The translations under genes were made by a program, and so were the position numbers. The notes under the pieces are model-generated. The model saw nothing but the letters and a program-made list of their open reading frames with translations. It was not told the DNA's origin and made no database searches. A DNA stretch of 39,708 nucleotides from a virus (lineage: Duplodnaviria; Caudoviricetes), in the IMG/VR virus record IMGVR_UViG_3300020045_004239, positions 1 through 39,708 of that record; one strand, given 5' to 3'. Positions 33,701 to 39,708 of this stretch are shown here, piece by piece. Numbering within the stretch: the stretch's first letter is position 1; each line of letters starts with the position of its first letter.

Positions 33701-35859
33701 GCTGCTTCACCAGTTTTATCTTCCTTAGAATTAGCGTTAATTAATGCAATGTCCTTTTGTGCATTGATTGTAGTAAGTGTCTTGAACACATCAACATCCA
33801 TAGCTTTATGCCTAAGTTCCATATCAGCACTCTTATTAGCATCATCAGCCAATATCTTCATTTGCTCATACTGCTGCTCGATAATAGCCAGTTTAGCTTC
33901 GTACTGATGCTTCATCAAATCAAGTTTTTGCTTATTAGCTTCTGCTTCTGCTTTGTACCTAACACTTTGCTGCATAGCTTCCGCTTTGCCTAGCTCAGCT
34001 TGAGCCAAAGATGCTTGCATTTGCATTTGAGCAACTTGTATTTGTTGTTGCTCCTGCTGAGCTGCTTGCTGTGATTGTTGCTGTATTTGTTTTTGTTGCT
34101 GTGCCACATCAGATTGCGGGTCTAGCACATACTTGTAAGCAGAGTGTAAGCCAGAGAGCTTGCAAAACTCATTAATAGTGTTGTAAATTCGTACATCATC
34201 TAACAAATAAGTGAAAGGCGAGCTTGCAAGTGTGCCTTGTATTGATTGCAATTGACTAATAGCCCCGAGTTTTTCTTGCTTATTACCAGCTCCTAAGCCT
34301 ACTTTTACAGTAGTTTTGCATCTAGCTATCCACTCAGAAGGATTGACTTGAACCCATCTGCCTTTGAACTTGTAATCTTCAATAGTGTCAATATGATTGT
34401 GAGCTAAATCCCTTATTTTTAAGTAAATTGGCTTAAGGCCTGTTTCAGCCAAGACGCGAATAATAAGGCCTGAAAGGGCTTCTTTAGCAGTCATTAATTG
34501 TGCAACACCTTGAGACCCTACCCTATCCCCAATGTTCTGCGGAGCAGACGGGCCATCAGCAGACACACCTGTGCGACCCGCTTTCATTTCAGCCAAGTAC
34601 CGCATCAACAGTATGGGTGAATCTGTAAAGGCTTGGACAGGAATAGGATTGATAGCACCAGCTTGCTTAACACGCTTAATTCCACCAGGAGTAGAATAGA
34701 GTACTTCGTCCATATCGACAACAAGGGCTTCCACAACTTCTTTTTCTTGATTATTTTGAAGATAAAAGTTGTCTAAAGTTGAGCGCAATACTGCTGTTGA
34801 CTGATCTTGTATTTCCTTTATCCTGTCATAAATAGATAGGCCACGAAACTTATGCGACATCAAAATACCAGTACAACCAACCCAAGGAGAGCCATCAGGA
34901 AGCGGCTCAACAGAAATAAGGTGTGTTGGTGTGCCTTCGCCTACTGTAGTAACTTTAACGTATTCAGCTAACCCATCGTTGTTATAATCCATGTATAAAT
35001 ACGATTCTTGCAAGTCATATTCCTGCATCGTTATATCGACAGAACTGCGAGAACTTAAAATGGACTCATTTTGAGCTTCTTGCCTAAATGAATTTCTATA
35101 ACTATTTGCTAGTGGTAAAACTTTAATTACCTTTTCGTCGATACCAAGATTAACAAGGTCTGTATACGTTTTGACCATTTCGTGGCAAACGAATCTAGCA
35201 CTTGTCAAATTGATTGAATTATGGTCAGAGTTGACTTTTATGTTTTCTAATGGTACAGACTCAACGTTTATCTTGCCATATATGCAAGTTTTTTTGAATT
35301 GAATGTCGTAAAAAGTTCCAAATTCTGTGGCTTCTTCTTGCAAAGAAAGGATTTCGATGTCTTTCTTTGATGTCACTAAAAGATGTAATTGTTCCTGAGT
35401 TAGACCAGAATAGAATATAGTTTCAACTTTTTCTTCTTTTGTGTAGTAAACTTTACTTATGCCATTGTTTTGCAGAAGTGCGTCTTTTGCCATTTGATGA
35501 AGAATAATAAATCCATCGTTTTTCTTCATCAAAACATCGTATACATATTCTGTTTCCAACTCCGCTTGTTCTTCATCTTGTGGGTTAACAGGATCAAACG
35601 AAACGCAGTCAGACGAGCCAAGAAAAGCCTCCATGACAGAAGGCATAATCCACTCTATGCAATCTGCTACATCTGTGGAGGTCACTTGAGAGCGACCTTC
35701 GACTTCTGTTCCATCAGGTCTTCCAAGGTAATAGTTAAGCGGAGTCTCTATATCAATGGACGTTCCGCTTGAAAAATTATTTGGAGAAAACGACAGCGTT
35801 TGTTCCAACTCATTGTTGATTACAGAAAGAACAAAGGCATCATCTATTTTTTGTTTCAT
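33697..35859 (-). CDS. Portal protein (SU10/P22-like, with Gln-rich barrel)
   Basis: YYLG.P.G.EVEGRSQV.S.DV.D.IEWIMPS, DALL..NG..KV.Y, GRWV.VNP..W and a long Q/A-rich C-terminal helix. Confidence 0.9.
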   Translation of the reverse strand: MKQKIDDAFVLSVINNELEQTLSFSPNNFSSGTSIDIETPLNYYLGRPDGTEVEGRSQVTSTDVADCIEWIMPSVMEAFLGSSDCVSFDPVNPQDEEQAELETEYVYDVLMKKNDGFIILHQMAKDALLQNNGISKVYYTKEEKVETIFYSGLTQEQLHLLVTSKKDIEILSLQEEATEFGTFYDIQFKKTCIYGKINVESVPLENIKVNSDHNSINLTSARFVCHEMVKTYTDLVNLGIDEKVIKVLPLANSYRNSFRQEAQNESILSSRSSVDITMQEYDLQESYLYMDYNNDGLAEYVKVTTVGEGTPTHLISVEPLPDGSPWVGCTGILMSHKFRGLSIYDRIKEIQDQSTAVLRSTLDNFYLQNNQEKEVVEALVVDMDEVLYSTPGGIKRVKQAGAINPIPVQAFTDSPILLMRYLAEMKAGRTGVSADGPSAPQNIGDRVGSQGVAQLMTAKEALSGLIIRVLAETGLKPIYLKIRDLAHNHIDTIEDYKFKGRWVQVNPSEWIARCKTTVKVGLGAGNKQEKLGAISQLQSIQGTLASSPFTYLLDDVRIYNTINEFCKLSGLHSAYKYVLDPQSDVAQQQKQIQQQSQQAAQQEQQQIQVAQMQMQASLAQAELGKAEAMQQSVRYKAEAEANKQKLDLMKHQYEAKLAIIEQQYEQMKILADDANKSADMELRHKAMDVDVFKTLTTINAQKDIALINANSKEDKTGEAA

Positions 35860-35866
35860 TGTTATC

Positions 35867-36070
35867 TTAATCTAATAAAGAGTGTATCATTTCTTGTAAT
35901 ATCCCAACCATTCTGTATCTATCATTTATATAAGACGTAGATATTTCCCATTGTAAATCTTTGTTTTTGCCAACAATTAGAACTTCTGTCATTCCACTGT
36001 TGATTGCTTCTTGTAATAATTTTTCTGAATTATCAGCAGTATGTGGTTTCAGTGCTACTATAGGTTTCAT
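35867..36070 (-). CDS. Hypothetical protein (67 aa)
   Basis: ORF track; AAGG SD; between terminase and portal. Confidence 0.65.
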   Translation of the reverse strand: MKPIVALKPHTADNSEKLLQEAINSGMTEVLIVGKNKDLQWEISTSYINDRYRMVGILQEMIHSLLD

Positions 36071-36076
36071 TATAAA

Positions 36077-37498
36077 CTACCTTATTCCTCTTAACGTACG
36101 TGAATAATCCAATTTTTTATGCTTAGATCCACCTATTGTATTAGATGAACCAATAGCTCCTAAAACTAAATATTGTGCCGCTTCTGATACGTGGGAATAT
36201 TGATTTTTATCTGGAACTTCTTTAAACCTATCTTCGTTTGCGACAACTAATCTTTTATATTTGTATCCTCCACCCATTCCTTTGCGAAGCATAGGTGCGC
36301 CAGAGGAGATCATAAAAGATGGTTTACCAGTAAAATCAAGTGTAGTTAACATATTGGCAACTGACTCTCTACGAATCGAAAAATCATTCGTGAAAGTTGG
36401 CCAGACATTAAGGCCATTATTTGCAAGAATAAGGAAAGGGGTCATCTCATCTGTCTGAGCGCGTTGTTCTCCAGCAGGATCTCCATAAATTTCTATGTGA
36501 GAGAATATAGAATATTTGTGCGAACTGAGTTTTTCATGAAGGAGTTTACCAAAAGATGTTGCTCCCATGTTAAATGTGACAAGCTCATCTACAATAAGAA
36601 TCTGGCCAGAAGGCTGTTTAACACCAATTACCGCTGCTGGTGTGAGGCCAAAGTCTATACCAACATAGAGTGTCCATTTTGCCGATAAATTGACTGGCTC
36701 ATCTGTATAGTGCAGATCGTCATTGTACTCAGGATAGACAGGTGATCCATCTGATACAAAGCCATAAGTGCCATGAACATAGACATCAATCCATTGTTTT
36801 GTTTTACCACGCATCATATCAGTATAATACGTATCTTCTAAATTATTAAGATTTTCAGCGTTAGGTGCAATACCAGAAGGCTGTTTGAATAGTTTGTATC
36901 CTTCTGGTTTTTCTTCTTCAAAAACTTTATAAAACCAATGGTCAGAATCAGGTGGATTTGTATCCATTATTACTCCTCGCCATGTAGCACCATAGATTTT
37001 CTTTCCATCCTTTTTAACAGTCTTAGGGAATCTAAGACGCCCAGAAACTGCATCTGCAATAACACGAGGAATTTCGCGAACTTCATTAAGAAACGCGCCA
37101 GTTATCTCTAAGGACAAAAGTTTTTTGACATCATCTGGTTTATCCAAAGCTCTAAAAATAAACTCCGCTTCTAAGTGTGTGCCATCTGAGAGCTTTTGGC
37201 GCATTATGAACTTCATATTTCCCGCTTGATACTCTCCAGATGATTTAGGAACCCATTCAAAGAAGGTTTCCATAGTGGTATCTAGGAGTTGCCTATAGGT
37301 GTTTCTTATAATTGCCCAGCGTGTTCGCCTAACGCCATTTTCATCTGGCTCTTGCTGATGAGCGCGAATAAGAATCTCAACTACACAAGCGACACTTTTA
37401 CCTGAACCAAATGGACCCATAATAGCGCGAACCATATTGTCATCATTATGAAATAATGCGCCTGTTGGGTTAGCTATATAATTAATCTCTTTGGCCAT
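36077..37498 (-). CDS. terL: Terminase large subunit
   Basis: GPFGSGKS Walker A, IIRNTY, FLNEVRE Walker B, DTNPP, nuclease motif GIDFGLTPA. Confidence 0.95.
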   Translation of the reverse strand: MAKEINYIANPTGALFHNDDNMVRAIMGPFGSGKSVACVVEILIRAHQQEPDENGVRRTRWAIIRNTYRQLLDTTMETFFEWVPKSSGEYQAGNMKFIMRQKLSDGTHLEAEFIFRALDKPDDVKKLLSLEITGAFLNEVREIPRVIADAVSGRLRFPKTVKKDGKKIYGATWRGVIMDTNPPDSDHWFYKVFEEEKPEGYKLFKQPSGIAPNAENLNNLEDTYYTDMMRGKTKQWIDVYVHGTYGFVSDGSPVYPEYNDDLHYTDEPVNLSAKWTLYVGIDFGLTPAAVIGVKQPSGQILIVDELVTFNMGATSFGKLLHEKLSSHKYSIFSHIEIYGDPAGEQRAQTDEMTPFLILANNGLNVWPTFTNDFSIRRESVANMLTTLDFTGKPSFMISSGAPMLRKGMGGGYKYKRLVVANEDRFKEVPDKNQYSHVSEAAQYLVLGAIGSSNTIGGSKHKKLDYSRTLRGIR

Positions 37499-37675
37499 TT
37501 AGTTATATTTATCGTAAATGTTTCTTACTGTGTTCTCTTGTGCCGCTGTCAGTGGATGGTTTTGATCTGAAACAGATTGAATAAAATCTTCTTCCCATTG
37601 AGTAAGATTGAAAAATTGGCAATCTTCAATCATTTTGTCAATTTTGTCATCTGTTTTTATGTTTAATTTGGCCAT
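37499..37675 (-). CDS. Small hypothetical protein between terS and terL (58 aa)
   Basis: Not in track; fills the gap exactly; MAKLNIKTDDKIDKMIEDCQFFNLTQWEEDFIQSV...LTAAQENTVRNIYDKYN*. Confidence 0.7.
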   Translation of the reverse strand: MAKLNIKTDDKIDKMIEDCQFFNLTQWEEDFIQSVSDQNHPLTAAQENTVRNIYDKYN

Positions 37676-38068
37676 TTAGAAACTTGAATCATTTGGTAAA
37701 GTTACTGTGAATTTGAAGTTATTATCAGCCCCATCAGACTCCTCACTTTTCTTCCAAGTTTCAGAGCCAAAATGCTTTAAGTAACAGATACTGGACTCTT
37801 TACCCTTTTGACCACCCATTGATTGGAACAATGATTGAACCGCTTTCCGCTTTGCTTCTGTGCGTCCTTTGTTGTATGCCCTGAAAAAGTAAAAATAATC
37901 TTGCTTTTCCGCTTCCACTTCTTGCATGGTTAAGCCATAGTAAGATAGTATTTCCTCAGGTTCTAGACCAGCTGCCATACACTCGACTTCATTTAAGGTC
38001 ATAATGTCGAAATATTGCATTTTTTCTATGTCAATATCCCTGTAAATACCTTTTCTTGCGATAGCCAT
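37676..38068 (-). CDS. Putative terminase small subunit
   Basis: First gene of the late operon; HTH-like MAAGLEPEEILSYYGL, then F..AYNKGR....AV..LF. Confidence 0.65.
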   Translation of the reverse strand: MAIARKGIYRDIDIEKMQYFDIMTLNEVECMAAGLEPEEILSYYGLTMQEVEAEKQDYFYFFRAYNKGRTEAKRKAVQSLFQSMGGQKGKESSICYLKHFGSETWKKSEESDGADNNFKFTVTLPNDSSF

Positions 38069-38138
38069 TTTCTTTTGTTCTGTAATTGTTCTAGTTAGGG
38101 GTAGATTAACAGGTATTTTGGATTATGTCAAGTTTATG

Positions 38139-38151
38139 TAAGTGATTGAAA
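38139..38151 (-). promoter_or_regulatory. IHF-like binding site upstream of terS
   Basis: TTTCAATCACTTA against consensus WATCAANNNNTTR (one mismatch), next to long A/T tracts. Confidence 0.4.
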
Positions 38152-38345
38152 TGTAAGTGGAAAATTTTTTTTGAAATTTTTTTTGAGATTTGCGTGAGGC
38201 AAATAGTGTAGAGCCTAACTTTCAAAAACTCCCCCATCCTGCCTCCACTGGTTTTTCCGCTGCATGACTTCGGCACATCGCGCAAAATACAGCATAGAAT
38301 CATTAGACTTTATCTAATTACTTCTAAACCTTTGCACTAAAACTA

Positions 38346-38373
38346 TTGACAAACTGCAAAACTTGTATACAAT
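38346..38373 (+). promoter_or_regulatory. Strong sigma70 promoter
   Basis: TTGACA-N16-TACAAT upstream of the ORF at 38435. Confidence 0.7.
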
Positions 38374-38434
38374 ATTGATGAAGCTAAACGATTAGCTTAA
38401 AACATTAACATCAACTTAAACACAGGAACACATC

Positions 38435-39004
38435 ATGACTACTAACTCAAACGACACTACTAAAGAACAGGCACTGAACTCTATATATAAAAAGTACCTA
38501 ACAATTATTGAAGGGATGCAACGTGATGAGGCTGTTCAATTCACGCGGGACAACCCTTGTCAATATACTGCGGATCAATTGAATCAGGCGATCACAAAGA
38601 AACACAAGCTAAACTTTACATTTGCCGAAAAACCTAAGGACAACGCACCTAAAACATTGCAAGACTATTTGAACGAACAACAAATAGCGGAAGCACGCCG
38701 CTTAGTTGAAGCGGGCATTCGGGGAAATACGCTTAAAATGTATTGCAGGGATTTGTTCAAGATACGCGACAAGGCAATATTACAGGCTATCGTTACATTG
38801 CTTGACGTAAAAGTTACGCGCACGGGGTCACGCGGCGATTCATTAGACGACAAGTTCAATGCGTTCTGTGCCGAGAAGGTGCGGACAACTGATGAGATGA
38901 AGGCATTCATCAATGAAATAGGAAGCAAAAACTTTGTGCGGTTCACGCCTCACTTGATAGCTAGGGGTGAAATGTTTAACAAAGTGCATGCAATGCACAA
39001 ATAA
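38435..39004 (+). CDS. Hypothetical early protein (189 aa); paralog of 5881-6513
   Basis: AGGA SD and own promoter; C-terminal domain aligns by eye with 5881-6513. Confidence 0.8.
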   Translation: MTTNSNDTTKEQALNSIYKKYLTIIEGMQRDEAVQFTRDNPCQYTADQLNQAITKKHKLNFTFAEKPKDNAPKTLQDYLNEQQIAEARRLVEAGIRGNTLKMYCRDLFKIRDKAILQAIVTLLDVKVTRTGSRGDSLDDKFNAFCAEKVRTTDEMKAFINEIGSKNFVRFTPHLIARGEMFNKVHAMHK

Positions 39005-39040
39005 CCTTTATGGCAGGCTTATATTTTAATGGGTAAAATC

Positions 39041-39154
39041 ATGACTATTGAAAAACTAATTCAGCAACTCGAGCGCGAATTGAAAACACTGCAAGACTTA
39101 CGCATCATTAGGTTAGTGCAAATGCAAATTGACAACTTACGCGCTATTCAATGA
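39041..39154 (+). CDS. Small coiled-coil peptide (37 aa)
   Basis: Not in track; MTIEKLIQQLERELKTLQDLRIIRLVQMQIDNLRAIQ*, directly followed by a terminator. Confidence 0.6.
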   Translation: MTIEKLIQQLERELKTLQDLRIIRLVQMQIDNLRAIQ

Positions 39155-39165
39155 CCCTAACAACT

Positions 39166-39193
39166 AAGCCCGATTTATTTCGGGCTTTTCTTT
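39166..39193 (+). terminator. Rho-independent terminator
   Basis: AAGCCCGA-TTTATT-TCGGGCTT followed by TTCTTT. Confidence 0.8.
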
Positions 39194-39305
39194 GCCTGTA
39201 ACAATAGCGAATCGCTATCAAAATACGGCATTCTGAGCCTGTTTTGCCGCTAGGAGGTAGGGTAGTAGCGGCCTATGCGTTTTCGCGCCTTGCGACCCCT
39301 AGATT

Positions 39306-39698
39306 TTAGATTAACGAGCGTCCCTGATCTGTATTAGGGACAACAAACCCCGCTTCCCTTATCACGACATAAATCGCGCCGTTTTTGACTACCTGACCCC
39401 GATACGCTGCGATCTGTTGCACTTGTGCGTCATTGCCTATTGTTCGTGACTCTTGCAGTGTATCTAAGATAGGCTTTAGCCTGTTGTCTATGTCATATGA
39501 CCTATTGTTCGGTGGATATAACACTATTGATAAATGGATGTCATATAGTATCGTTTCGATATTTGGTAACTGTCCTTGTATCAATTCAACACCGCTTTGT
39601 TTTGCGTGCCTTCCTGCTTTTGACAGGAAAACTCCATTACGTGTCTTTATGTAATAGTTATTGATGCTAGGCATCCAATTTAGGTATAAATTAATCAT
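39306..39698 (-). CDS. rusA: RusA-family Holliday junction resolvase
   Basis: PSINNYY...PPNNRSYDIDNRLKPILDTL......NDAQV motif. Confidence 0.9.
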   Translation of the reverse strand: MINLYLNWMPSINNYYIKTRNGVFLSKAGRHAKQSGVELIQGQLPNIETILYDIHLSIVLYPPNNRSYDIDNRLKPILDTLQESRTIGNDAQVQQIAAYRGQVVKNGAIYVVIREAGFVVPNTDQGRSLI

Positions 39699-39708
39699 AT
39701 TTAGTCCA

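Noticed and set aside
38106-38303. 65-aa - strand ORF upstream of terS
   Set aside because: It runs through homopolymer A/T tracts, has no SD, and the region looks like regulatory or packaging DNA.
1-39708. Prophage/temperate functions, tRNAs, introns/inteins, or a diversity-generating retroelement
   Set aside because: I saw no integrase, repressor, host flanks, tRNA cloverleaf, reverse transcriptase or template/variable repeat pair. DnaE, TerL and the helicase have no large insertions, and the HNH genes are free-standing between genes.

Overview
The window is a near-complete or complete ~39.7 kb genome of an AT-rich tailed dsDNA phage. Its head and tail genes are podovirus-type (SU10/P22-like), and it is probably lytic because no integrase or repressor is seen. 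The host is probably Gram-negative (lipoprotein, spanin-like gene, sigma70 promoters). The + strand (about 1.3-15.1 kb) carries a Sak4-like ATPase, DUF669 SSB, Cas4-like nuclease, SF2 helicase, DnaQ, a compact DnaE (family C) polymerase and an ATP-dependent ligase. The - strand (15.1-38.1 kb) carries terminase, portal, a fibre/lectin-like module, scaffold, major capsid, tail, ejection proteins and lysis genes. A RepB-type primase missing from the ORF track runs off the left edge, and RusA sits at the right edge. The best candidate for a new system is the tightly coupled operon at 6580-12777: a UDP-galactopyranose-mutase-like flavoprotein, an HNH, a ThyX homolog lacking key thymidylate-synthase residues, a glycosyltransferase fused to a DUF3310 nucleotide-kinase-like domain, DnaQ and DnaE. 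It looks like an uncharacterised DNA base-hypermodification pathway. Other hidden features are a GIY-YIG remnant, a miniature Tad2/DUF2829-like ORF, an RMF-like ORF, a pair of paralogous promoter-driven early proteins, and an in-frame amber codon that would uncouple ThyX translation. All family assignments are by-eye motif recognition, not database searches.
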